This document shows positions 47,998-57,444 of a DNA stretch of 64,000 bases, piece after piece. The first letter of the stretch is position 1. Each line of letters begins with the position of its first letter. The translations under genes were made by a program, and so were the position numbers. The notes under the pieces are model-generated. The model was not told the origin of the DNA. It searched no databases and saw only the letters and a list, made by a program, of their open reading frames with translations. This DNA is from a phage, in the sequence record PZ674595.1; one strand, written 5' to 3'.

Positions 47998-48149
47998 TCG
48001 TTTCCTATGATAATGGTTTTCACTTTGAGATTGTTATTTTTCATAGCTAAAGCTGATGTTTGTGGAAGGTGGATTGATAAACGGATGCGTATTTAGGTTA
48101 TACAAGTGAGAAAATTGATAATATATAAACGCGATTTTTATGTGATGGA

Positions 48150-48719
48150 ATGGATGTGATGGAAACCCAGAACCAACAAACAAAACCTCTGAATAACATT
48201 TATGCGTGGATTCTAGCGTTCATGCCTTTCTTCTTTGGAGTATCGCCGGAAGAGTATACCAATTACGCTATTATAATTGGGGGTGTAACTACCATCGGTT
48301 TGTTAGTAGCTGACAGAATGGCTCTATCGGAGTCTGGCTGTGAACCACCTTCAATTCTATGGGGGGTATTCCTCCTGCCTGTCTATCTCTGGAAGCGCGC
48401 GACTATTACAAAAGGCAGCAGAGTGCCATTTATCATAATCGTTGCGTCGCTGGCTTGGATTATCTTCATCGGCATCCCACACAAGGACGAGGTTGCTCTT
48501 GAAGAAGCAGCCTGCCCTCTCGTGACAACTATTCTGAAAGAGAATAACGGTTCGACTGCACCAAAATGTATGAAGGTGACAATAGAGGACAAGGTGACGG
48601 ATAAGTTCTATAGAGCAACGGCTACACTAGACAATGGTAATGACATTAACATTACTCTGGAACTTACCGGCGACAGGAACTTCTACGTCCGTGTTCCAAA
48701 TGTTTATCTGAACAACTAA
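48150..48719 (+). CDS. membrane protein (AT-rich gene)
   Basis: Three predicted N-terminal TM segments; low G+C. Confidence 0.4.
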   Translation: MDVMETQNQQTKPLNNIYAWILAFMPFFFGVSPEEYTNYAIIIGGVTTIGLLVADRMALSESGCEPPSILWGVFLLPVYLWKRATITKGSRVPFIIIVASLAWIIFIGIPHKDEVALEEAACPLVTTILKENNGSTAPKCMKVTIEDKVTDKFYRATATLDNGNDINITLELTGDRNFYVRVPNVYLNN

Positions 48720-48839
48720 CGGTTGCAACTTATTGATAATGGCGGTCACAATTTGATTCTTTTCTATAAGAACCCGTTGATCGCCACTACTCCCCTCCCA
48801 TACCAGCAATCACATCATTAAATATCAATAGGTTATGGT

Positions 48840-49700
48840 TGTTTATACAAATAAGAAAACAACTAAATAACAGATCAACGAAACGTCAACGCTTTCACCC
48901 GATTTGGTCTAAAAAATTGACGTTTTCACACATCACTTCTTATACCCGTAACTCTACGCAGCAGACAGCGCCACAGCGTCCAATTTTCACCACAGACGAC
49001 CCAACACACTACCAACAAAAACACACGCTCAAAATCGCTCCCGTTGCGTTACACAACCATATAAACAACTTATTTTCAGGCATAACAAAACAACTAAATA
49101 ACACACATGCCATTTCCAAAAACAACCAACCTCTTTATGGCAGGCTACCGAAAAGACCCACCTCTTCTCCCCAGTCTACCGAAAAGACCCACCTCTTCTC
49201 CCCAGGCTACCGGACAACCAACCTAACTTTCACAGGCAATCCGAAAACATTCATACGCGCGATACCCACGACACGCCATTCCCCAAACAGCGAAGAAACA
49301 CCAGAATCACTGAAACCCCAACGAAGCCTGTAACCGCAAGGATTCTCTCAATCCCAAAAGACACGAAACAGAACAATCACGGGAAACGCCATTACCCAAT
49401 ACACGAATAACTACAAAAGCCTTTCACACACTCCAGACAAACAACTCAAACACAACAACGAAAGGAATCGCCCACCTGCCATTACTCCATACACGGAGAA
49501 GAACAATCACCAAAACGACGAGAACACCCCATAGAAGAACCACCGCAAAACGAACGAAACCACATACACCGACAGAGAAAACAACACACCCAATTCACCA
49601 ACAGAAATAGTCGCCGTATAGAACATTCTGGAAGGAGTGAGCATTAACGCCTATAGAGAGGTTGAGACAGATAAAACACAACATGTATAGCGAAGAAGCC
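48840..49700. repeat. strand-asymmetric C/A-rich, G-poor tract with tandem 29-bp repeats
   Basis: Plus strand almost devoid of G over ~860 bp; perfect tandem copies of CTACCGAAAAGACCCACCTCTTCTCCCCA at 49155-49183 and 49186-49214 plus a degenerate third; track ORF 48839-49333 judged a composition artefact. Confidence 0.6.
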
Positions 49701-49810
49701 AGGTATGTATAAGTGGGGAGAGAAGGAGGGGTGTCGCCTCCTTTTTCGTATTTATTCAACTCCTGATTTTACCCCCCCGTAACACCCCTACGGTCAGCCT
49801 TCGGTCCATA

Positions 49811-49945
49811 CAGGGAAAAGGCTGCATCCCGCTACAGAAACGGCTGGGTTGCCTTCGGGGAACGGCTGGAGGTTTTCAGGGAAACGGTCGAGTTGCCTGT
49901 GTGGATTTCGGGAAAAGGCTCGATGCCGGTTCAGGAACGGTGGCG
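49811..49945. repeat. array of six ~14-bp direct repeats, consensus CRGGGAAAMGGCYG, spaced 21-24 bp
   Basis: Copies starting near 49811, 49835, 49856, 49877, 49909, 49932. Confidence 0.6.
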
Positions 49946-50324
49946 TACCGGTATAGCGTGAGGGAGAGTTGCGGCTGTCCACCTGTAATGTGCGGGAAGA
50001 AGAGAGGCGCTCACGTGCAGGCGAACTTACTTACCGCTGGATTCCCTCTGAATGCCCAGCTACAGCGTAATTGTGCCAGACAGTCAGCGGGTCACAATCG
50101 ATTTCAGTAGGTTTTCGGGGAGAGGATTATTCTGCCCACCAGCCCCGCGGCGCGCGTAGAGCAGAATATCGTAAATACTGGCTCTCGTGTCGTTCCCGGA
50201 TATTCACTGCCAAGCCTGGCTTTCCCGACATAAAATCCTTTTTCGCCTTTGTCTTATTTCGATAATAACACCAACAAGTAAACAACATATTTAGACGTTA
50301 TAGAAACGAAGTGAGGATGAAGAG

Positions 50325-50543
50325 ATGATTAAGATGCCTGTGACGGTTGAGGTGTGGGGCGTGGATTCCCTGGCTGAGTGTCTGGATGCAGTGGGGCCGG
50401 AGTTGTACCGCAAGTTGTGGTCGTTCGTCCCGGCAGAAGGGGAATCGCCCAAAGGGAAGGATATCTGGCACCTGCTGAGTGAAGATGAAAAGCGGGAGCT
50501 GGTGGGCGCGGTACACAGCGAGTTCCCGGGCGACGAAGATTAA
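50325..50543 (+). CDS. hypothetical small protein
   Basis: 72-aa acidic ORF; RBS GAGGATGAAGAG; terminator follows. Confidence 0.4.
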   Translation: MIKMPVTVEVWGVDSLAECLDAVGPELYRKLWSFVPAEGESPKGKDIWHLLSEDEKRELVGAVHSEFPGDED

Positions 50544-50548
50544 GAGTG

Positions 50549-50573
50549 AGGCCACCAGCACGGTGGCTTTTGT
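50549..50573 (+). terminator. terminator hairpin
   Basis: GCCACC-AGCAC-GGTGGC followed by TTTTGT. Confidence 0.6.
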
Positions 50574-50681
50574 CGCTATTAACCTCCGGGCAGCGCAGCA
50601 CCGTAACGATATACTTTGTGGCCGTTTTCTTACTGGTATTGTTTACGCAATTCAGAAAACAACATGTTTAAGGATTGCGTT

Positions 50682-51011
50682 ATGTTTGCAAATATCGACA
50701 TCAACCAAATCAAGAAAATGACTCAAAAAGAGTTTGACCAGTTTTATGAGTTAGAAGGTTGGTCTTCCACTCTGATCAATTCGCGGTGGGTGCTTGAGCT
50801 GATGACTCGTGATGACGCACCTGCTTTGATGATTTGCGACATGGGTGAAGATGCTGACTTTATGGATATGAGCGAATTTTGTGTGGACACATACAACCGC
50901 AGCCAGAAGTACTACTTCACATGCGATAGCGAAAATGACGTGATTTCTAAGATCTATCTTCACCTCGTCCAGCATTGGGACGTTCAGGAGTTTCTTGAGG
51001 TATTCGCGTAA
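50682..51011 (+). CDS. hypothetical small protein
   Basis: ATG 50682 behind AAGGA, 11 nt after motif GAAAACAACATGTTTA; track ORF starts at 50616. Confidence 0.4.
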   Translation: MFANIDINQIKKMTQKEFDQFYELEGWSSTLINSRWVLELMTRDDAPALMICDMGEDADFMDMSEFCVDTYNRSQKYYFTCDSENDVISKIYLHLVQHWDVQEFLEVFA

Positions 51012-51165
51012 TCACAATCAAAGCCAGCATTGCTGGCTTAACTTAATCTGTAGCCGCAGGGAAGAACCTGCATATCGCTCATGCGCCTGATCAATATGCT
51101 TTGTAGCCGTTTTCTTACTGGTATTATTTACGCCATTGAGAAAACAAGTTGTTTACGGAGTTGTG

Positions 51166-51477
51166 ATGAAAAAATCATTGGTTCTTGGTCTGGACAAAGA
51201 CCAGAAGAGAAAAGAGAAGCCTGCGCTGGTTGCTCAATTAACTTTGCTGGACATCGTTGCCAATGGAACCTCTATTCGTCTGTTCCGTGAAACAGCGGTG
51301 TCTTTCGATAAAAACACCTTTACTCGTTATGTAATGAATGTTCGTCGCCAGCGTGGAAAAGGCTGGGTGGCATTTCAAAGAATGTGGCCGGAACATCAGC
51401 TCGAACTGGCTTTGATGGAAGTTAACCGCGTGGCCCAGCAAGAGATTCAGAGAGCATCAGTGATGGCAATAGCCTGA
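51166..51477 (+). CDS. hypothetical small basic protein
   Basis: ATG 51166 behind ACGGAG, 10 nt after motif GAAAACAAGTTGTTTA; upstream 50 bp nearly identical to the region before gene 50682. Confidence 0.4.
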   Translation: MKKSLVLGLDKDQKRKEKPALVAQLTLLDIVANGTSIRLFRETAVSFDKNTFTRYVMNVRRQRGKGWVAFQRMWPEHQLELALMEVNRVAQQEIQRASVMAIA

Positions 51478-51603
51478 TAATGTGCAAGTGGTAATTAGTC
51501 GACCGTACGACAGCCCCGCCATCCTTACGGGGCTTTTTTGTATTGTAAGTACATACTTACGATCATAGAATAGAAAAATAACCAATACACTACGGAGAGT
51601 GAA

Positions 51604-51999
51604 ATGACCGTTAAACGCGAAAAACTGACAGTTGATGTTTACTATGCCTCTGAAACCGCCGAAGGTAAGAATGTGGCAAAAATCACCGTTGTTACGTACA
51701 ACACCGAAACTGGTGCCGAAGTCCAGGCCAGTACGATCGTGCGTAAAGGTGATGCCTCCGGCGGCGAGTACGCGACTCAATACCAGTCTATTTTCGATGC
51801 AACTGACCCGCTGCTGCTGAAAATCGAGAACTACTTCCGCCAGGTTGATGAAGAGGTGTTTGAAACCATGATGAATATGGTTAACACCGTATTCGCCTCC
51901 AGCCTGAATACCAACACTACCTGGATTGGTCAGTACGGCCTGCGCATTACCTCTGGCATTCCTGCCGACACCTTAATCCCTGAAAGCGTATTCGCTTAA
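51604..51999 (+). CDS. hypothetical protein
   Basis: 131-aa ORF; RBS ACGGAGAG; palindrome GTAAGTACATACTTAC with TTGTAA-N17-TAGAAT upstream. Confidence 0.45.
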   Translation: MTVKREKLTVDVYYASETAEGKNVAKITVVTYNTETGAEVQASTIVRKGDASGGEYATQYQSIFDATDPLLLKIENYFRQVDEEVFETMMNMVNTVFASSLNTNTTWIGQYGLRITSGIPADTLIPESVFA

Positions 52000-52009
52000 T
52001 CCTCTTTAA

Positions 52010-52036
52010 GTGGCGCGTAAACCGCGCCATTTTATT
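52010..52036 (+). terminator. Rho-independent terminator
   Basis: TGGCGCG-TAAAC-CGCGCCA followed by TTTTATT. Confidence 0.7.
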
Positions 52037-52116
52037 AAGCCCGATAACAATTTGTTTTCTGCCTTATCTGATTTGTGAAAATGATTTCACTGAAGCAACT
52101 TAATAAGGAAACCATC

Positions 52117-52491
52117 ATGGGACTTGATATCTATATCGAGACACAGCCTAAAAACGATCTGAATAACGAGGCATCCAGAAAGCGGGTTGCTTACTTCCGT
52201 AAGTTCAATGCGCTCGTTGGGTGGATGGAGCGCAACGTAGGTGAAGTCGAAAATTGTGAGCTTTTAGAATTAACGATGAATGACATTTGTTTTCTGAAGG
52301 CTCATTTGATGCACATAAACGAAAGTAATTGCGAAGAGTACTTGCCTACCCGGGAAGGTTTTTTCTTCGGCAGTCAGGAGTACGATGAAGGTTACTGGCA
52401 TGATGTGGGGCAGTTGAAAGAGCTTGTGGAAGATCTGATTAAGAACCACGACTTTCACAATAACAGACTGACCTTCTGCGCCTGGTGGTAA
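52117..52491 (+). CDS. hypothetical protein
   Basis: ATG 52117 behind AGGAAA; track ORF starts at 52075. Confidence 0.4.
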   Translation: MGLDIYIETQPKNDLNNEASRKRVAYFRKFNALVGWMERNVGEVENCELLELTMNDICFLKAHLMHINESNCEEYLPTREGFFFGSQEYDEGYWHDVGQLKELVEDLIKNHDFHNNRLTFCAWW

Positions 52492-52493
52492 AT

Positions 52494-52637
52494 ATGGGCG
52501 ATTTCAAGAAACGCCTGAAGGAAAGAGCCGAGATGGTCAGAAAGCAAAACGCCTCTTCTGTCATCAGATACGCAAGGCAGTTTAGTCGCAACAACAAATC
52601 AGTTGAGGAAAAGATCCTTAGCGTAATCGGGCGATAA
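52494..52637 (+). CDS. small basic peptide (47 aa), below track cutoff
   Basis: ATG 2 nt after upstream stop; followed by GGCCACCAGCGTTGGTGG hairpin. Confidence 0.25.
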   Translation: MGDFKKRLKERAEMVRKQNASSVIRYARQFSRNNKSVEEKILSVIGR

Positions 52638-52826
52638 TTATTAAGGCCACCAGCGTTGGTGGTCTTAAATAACTTTTAATAACCGAAGGTTAGTTTGAAA
52701 CCTGGCTATCAACTTCCAGAACCTTTCTTGTGTATTCAGCCTGTATTAACTTCTTTTATGCCTTATCTACACTGCGATAATTACACCAACAAGAAAACAA
52801 CATGTTTACGCAGTGAGGATATGCTC

Positions 52827-53108
52827 ATGACTGATTTCACCATTACCCCTAAAGCACAAAATGTATTCCTTGAATCATGGCTGGACTTGCCGGAAACAGA
52901 ACAGCAAGAAATGGATCATGTGGATTATGACGAGCAGGTAAGCACGCGATTCTTCCACTTTGAGGGCTGCGTTTACGACATTGCCGACTTCATGCGAGAT
53001 GACCGCTTCCCTGAATGGCACGCAAGCTATCCACTAAACGCCTTTGCCATGCTGATGATCCGTGTGGATGATTCAGGGGATACCATCGACATCGGTCTGC
53101 TCCACTAA
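52827..53108 (+). CDS. hypothetical small acidic protein
   Basis: ATG 52827 seven nt after GAGGA; 20 nt after motif GAAAACAACATGTTTA; track ORF starts at 52695. Confidence 0.4.
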   Translation: MTDFTITPKAQNVFLESWLDLPETEQQEMDHVDYDEQVSTRFFHFEGCVYDIADFMRDDRFPEWHASYPLNAFAMLMIRVDDSGDTIDIGLLH

Positions 53109-53159
53109 AGATTAAGGCCACCAATGCTGGTGGCCTTAAATGACCATCCTGTTTCCCGC

Positions 53160-53240
53160 AGGCTAAAAACACCAACCTCTTACCTCCAGGCAACCGACAA
53201 ACCCACCTGTTCCCGTCCGGCTACCGCAACTTTCCACTTT
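53160..53240. repeat. three ~30-bp C-rich direct repeats related to the 49155-49245 repeats
   Basis: GCAGGCTAAAAACACCAACCTCTTACCTC / CAGGCAACCGACAAACCCACCTGTTCCCG / CGGCTACCGCAACTTTCCAC. Confidence 0.5.
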
Positions 53241-53312
53241 GACGCCTTATTCGTACAACGATAATTAACACCAACAAGAAAACAATTTGTTATTTACGAT
53301 AAGGAATTAATC

Positions 53313-53795
53313 ATGAATTTTATCGCTACTGTAAACGCACCCGCACATGGCAATATCGCTGTAACGTTCTCTGACATTGAAAAACGAGTACTTGGTGCAT
53401 GGCGCGACAATGAGACGGTAGAACTGTCAGCACAAGAAAAATGCATTATTGCACGCGACATCATTGGCAATCGTCGTTACTCGCGGGTATTTGAGAAAGC
53501 GTATGTGGTAAATTCTGGGTTCGGAACGTTCGTCTTTCCGGTGCGCTCAGGGCGATTCTGCCAGTCCAAGCTGATTGAGTTCGCTACGCAGATTTCTGTC
53601 TGGATTAAAACTCAATCGTCGTTCAAATTTTCCGACGATGAAGCAGTATCGCAGGGGATGCGGATCGCCAACAATGCGATTAAATGCAAAAACATTACGT
53701 ATACCGCTGGCGTTGACACATGGAAACTGTTTTGCGCTAACTTTATGCTGAATGTATACGCAAGCAACCGCATCCACATCCTTGATGGCGTGTAA
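53313..53795 (+). CDS. hypothetical protein
   Basis: 160-aa ORF; RBS AAGGAA; promoter motif GAAAACAATTTGTTA 21 nt upstream. Confidence 0.4.
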   Translation: MNFIATVNAPAHGNIAVTFSDIEKRVLGAWRDNETVELSAQEKCIIARDIIGNRRYSRVFEKAYVVNSGFGTFVFPVRSGRFCQSKLIEFATQISVWIKTQSSFKFSDDEAVSQGMRIANNAIKCKNITYTAGVDTWKLFCANFMLNVYASNRIHILDGV

Positions 53796-53835
53796 CTGAG
53801 AAGAGGGCCAGAAACGGCCCTTTCTCTATAGCCAC

Positions 53836-53930
53836 CAGCTGCCGCAGGGAAATTTTCAGAAACGGCGAGGAACGTATTCATGAGCCGACGGGAAACGGCC
53901 AGGATTTTTTCGGGAAACGGCTGCATTCGC
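53836..53930. repeat. second array of CRGGGAAAMGGCYG-type direct repeats
   Basis: CAGGGAAATTTTCAG, CAGAAACGGCGAGG, CGGGAAACGGCCAGG, CGGGAAACGGCTGC. Confidence 0.5.
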
Positions 53931-54382
53931 CTTTATGTAGAAAAAACATCGGGAAGCTGGTGGAATCCAACCAGCGGTTGTCGGACAGGCGAGCGGGGAA
54001 AATTATGATGACTTTCGTCGCCTGAGACATCCAGATTTCTTTCGTAGCGTAATCACATACGTGATTAAGTGGTGTGATTATGTGAAAAATCACGCGCACA
54101 TAATACGCGAGCGGATACAGAACAACACAAAATGCCGATCCGCGCCGACAAATAAACGCGGATCACATAGCAAGAATAAAAGCCAATGATTAGCCATACG
54201 TTATAGCGCAATATAACGCATTTTAAGCGCGTTAATGTGCTAAGTAATGGGTATGTACTGGTAAGGATATAAAAGCGCGTCTATGGCGTTATTTTGGCGC
54301 TTATTTTTATGTTGTTGGAGTGAGTTAAAGACAATAAAAAACGCGCCAATGATGGCGCGCTATGGTGGGAGTATTGGAAACG

Positions 54383-54418
54383 AAAAAAGCGCCCATAGTG
54401 GGCGCTCGATTTTATTTG
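54383..54418. terminator. bidirectional terminator hairpin (also one of a pair of 24-bp direct repeats)
   Basis: AAAAAAGCGCCCATAGTGGGCGCTCGATTTTATTTG; near-identical hairpin at 54658-54685. Confidence 0.65.
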
Positions 54419-54642
54419 TGTAAACTGATTTTAAATCCCATTTCTACAAACGCTTTTAACATTAAAAATATATCAGCGTCGTTGATTCCAATATCCGAAC
54501 GCTCAATATCATTTAATAAATCAATTTTACGCGTTGTTTCATCGATAAACTCGACTGAGCGCCCAGCGTAACCAGCGATCCCAGCGATGCGATTAACAAA
54601 ATATTCATTGCGCACGTTAACGCCAGCGATAAGAACAAACAT
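54412..54642 (-). CDS. hypothetical small protein bracketed by 24-bp direct-repeat hairpins
   Basis: 76-aa ORF; RBS AAGGAG 7 nt before ATG; terminator immediately after stop. Confidence 0.45.
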   Translation of the reverse strand: MFVLIAGVNVRNEYFVNRIAGIAGYAGRSVEFIDETTRKIDLLNDIERSDIGINDADIFLMLKAFVEMGFKISLHK

Positions 54643-54689
54643 GATAAAGCTCCTTTAAAGCGCCCATAGTGGGCGCTTGATTCCATTAA

Positions 54690-55340
54690 TTACGCTTTAA
54701 AAGCATCAGCCAGATAGTTATAAAAATCATTTTTAACGAAGCGATATTGCTGAGTACCAGCTTTCGCGCTCCCAGCTCCTTTGACTTTTTCAACAAGTCC
54801 GAGACGTTCGCAAAGATTGATCAACTGGTTGGCTTGAGTATAGCCAGCGTCCAATTTAATTTCGTTGGCTTTTTTCGCTTCATTCATTAAATCGAAAACA
54901 GCGCCATTAGTGAACGTGTCGATCTCGTCGTTAATCATATCGATTAAAGCAAATACACGAGATCCTGACATATCAGCGACGGAATAAACGCATTTACCAG
55001 ATTTAATTGATTTGACCAGATAAACCAGTTTTTCCAGAGAGTAACTATTAGCCATTGCATCACGGAAAAATACTTCTGGCGCTTGTTTGCTTGCTTTGAT
55101 CGCATAGTAGAAAACAGAGCATAATTTTTCGTCTTCCACAGCGTTTACGACGTTGTTGATGAAGTAAGCAAGTTTAGTGGTCGCAGCTTGCATATTTGCT
55201 TTGTCTGCTTTAGTGTGCGTACCATTTTTATAATGTTCGTTATATGTTTGAGTTGCCAGATCTGCTTTTTCGCGCAGTTCATCGGATACAATGGAAGCAG
55301 CTTCAACGATGGATTTTTTAGAAATGATAACGTTAGCCAT
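54690..55340 (-). CDS. hypothetical protein (AT-rich block)
   Basis: ATG at 55340 (MANVIISKK...) behind AAGGA; track ORF starts at 55415. Confidence 0.45.
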   Translation of the reverse strand: MANVIISKKSIVEAASIVSDELREKADLATQTYNEHYKNGTHTKADKANMQAATTKLAYFINNVVNAVEDEKLCSVFYYAIKASKQAPEVFFRDAMANSYSLEKLVYLVKSIKSGKCVYSVADMSGSRVFALIDMINDEIDTFTNGAVFDLMNEAKKANEIKLDAGYTQANQLINLCERLGLVEKVKGAGSAKAGTQQYRFVKNDFYNYLADAFKA

Positions 55341-55634
55341 GATAATATCCTTACGAAAAATTAAAATGAATTTATTTTTTACTGTCGTTAGCCAGCTCGC
55401 TTTCGACGAGTTCAATTATCGATACGTGAAAAAAGATTGCAAGTGTTTTTTTTAAATTTTTTGCAGGGGTGAAAGTCCTAGAAATAAAAGAGAGAGCGTC
55501 GAAGGTGTTCCCTAAATAAATAATCAATTCAGGCTTTTAACCTTATATATTTATACAGAGTGGCATTGAAAGAGTTTTAAATGAATGGCATGTAAAATAA
55601 TAACCGGACTTAGCCGGTTATTACCCTTATAGAT

Positions 55635-56156
55635 TTAAAATGGAAGGATTCGTTCAACCCAATCGAAGAAAACAAGTATTTTTCTGCCGTCTTCTAACTT
55701 AAGAGTGACCTGACAAGCATCAACGCCTCTTGACACCCCTTCTATTTCACGACCGTCTGCCATGTAGACCCTTATAGATTGGTCGTTTTGATAAGCCTTG
55801 CGACATATCGCAAAAAAGTCACGGCGTGATGGCTGATTGTCAACATAGTCTGGATGTATTGTTAGCCTACCTTTGAACTCGCGAGCAATGCCATCGATTA
55901 CACCTGATTCAATTGTGCTAATGCGCTCAAGTGGGAGTCTTATACGATTTTCTTTATCATATGGAAGCGGGCATAAATCTAGCTTATTGCGGGAAGGCAT
56001 TGTCCCCTGAACGTACATGCAAAACACCTGACCGTCTTCAAGCGTGACTCTTACAGGAATGTTGTTCTTCCGCCAGAACATAAGTATGTTTTCAGCATGT
56101 TCGTAGTCTCGCGGCCAGACTTCAGCCGGTATGCCGTAGGTGATGTCTTTAACCAT
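55635..56156 (-). CDS. hypothetical protein with internal sequence duplication (AT-rich block)
   Basis: 173 aa; two similar segments (VRVTLEDGQVFCMYVQG and IRVYMADGREIEG...VTLKLEDGRKILVFF). Confidence 0.45.
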   Translation of the reverse strand: MVKDITYGIPAEVWPRDYEHAENILMFWRKNNIPVRVTLEDGQVFCMYVQGTMPSRNKLDLCPLPYDKENRIRLPLERISTIESGVIDGIAREFKGRLTIHPDYVDNQPSRRDFFAICRKAYQNDQSIRVYMADGREIEGVSRGVDACQVTLKLEDGRKILVFFDWVERILPF

Positions 56157-56258
56157 AGTCTACCTTTTTAAGTCTTTTTTGGTCATTATATACATCTCTA
56201 TGATGCGTAGACAGACTAACCGTACATTCCACCAAAAATTGATTATGGAATAAGTTTC

Positions 56259-57059
56259 ATGAAGAATGGGGTGAATAAAAAATACTCATTAGCATTGTTA
56301 ATAGCGGCTTTACTATTAACAGGTTGTGATTCTGATGAAGAGCGAGCCATAAATCTAGTTGAAAAGGATATTCGCTCTACACTGCTAGATCCTGATGCTG
56401 GTCGGTTCACGAATATGCGAGCTATTCAGTTAGGTGAAAATAGCTATTCATATATGGTATGTGGAGAGGTGAATGGCAAAAACGTCTTGAACGCCTATAC
56501 AGGTGCGACCGCATTCAATGCACACATCTTTGATGTTCGTGAACGTAACCCGATTGTATTCGTTACAATGGATAAAAGTACCAACTCGGCAAGAGAACGA
56601 TTACGTTTTGAACGCCAAAATCTAGCATGTAAAGAAAATGGTGTGAAACTTTATCTGGAAAACGAATCTAAAATCAGGAAGGAAAAAGAGAAAATAGATG
56701 ATTTAAAAAAAACTCCATTAGGTCAGGCTGTGTTTGATGCTGCAAGTGATTCGACATATGTGAGTAGAGAGTTGGGCGAATCGAGAGGTGTTAGTGAAGT
56801 GTATGCAAGAGAAAATGATAAATATGCTCTTGTTAGCGTCACCAATTATGACACTCCTGACTTTTACAAATTTAGGAAAAAAGACAACGGTGAATTAGAA
56901 CCTGTTAGAGGGCTGTCTTACACCGGCTATCCATTCGCAGTTGCGCTGTGCCATTCTGAACAAACAGATTATGACAAATGCATAACAGAAGAAGAAATCA
57001 GGTTGCTTCGAGACGAAAAGAATAAGCTCGACGATTTTGTCGTACCACCAGAAGAATAA
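56259..57059 (+). CDS. lipoprotein of unknown function (AT-rich block)
   Basis: Signal peptide with lipobox LLTGC; 266 aa; Lys/Glu-rich middle. Confidence 0.5.
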   Translation: MKNGVNKKYSLALLIAALLLTGCDSDEERAINLVEKDIRSTLLDPDAGRFTNMRAIQLGENSYSYMVCGEVNGKNVLNAYTGATAFNAHIFDVRERNPIVFVTMDKSTNSARERLRFERQNLACKENGVKLYLENESKIRKEKEKIDDLKKTPLGQAVFDAASDSTYVSRELGESRGVSEVYARENDKYALVSVTNYDTPDFYKFRKKDNGELEPVRGLSYTGYPFAVALCHSEQTDYDKCITEEEIRLLRDEKNKLDDFVVPPEE

Positions 57060-57444
57060 CATATACAAAATATTTAATTGCTGTAAAATTTAATCGTTCA
57101 GACATAGGGAAAGCCCGACGCCCTCGACAAATCTTTTTGGTATCGTCGAGGGCGTGTTTCAGATATGCATCCTATTGAACTCTTCAGATTTATAGGTAGA
57201 TAGCGTTAATTGGCGTTTTTGTTCTTCTCTTTTTTGCTAATTTCATCACATGCAATATCATCTACTATATTTCTTAGGTCACACGTTTTTATAAATTGTC
57301 GCATATATCCTCCGAATTTCTTCGGAGGCGAAGCCTACAAATATCATTCAGCCTATCAAGATCTTTTTTCAGCCGAAGGTATATACATTCAAAAATGTGA
57401 TGAGTGTCACATGCAGGTGCTCTCATACACCTGCATGTAGACTA

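Noticed and set aside
48839-49333. 164-aa ORF inside the C/A-rich tract
   Set aside because: Translation is low-complexity (Thr/Pro/Asn/Gln-rich) and simply mirrors the extreme base composition and tandem repeats; no RBS; region better explained as non-coding repeats
53126-53962. Chi sites (GCTGGTGG) as a special feature
   Set aside because: Only a few copies seen, mostly inside terminator-like hairpins; frequency is not obviously above the enterobacterial background, so not reported as a finding on its own
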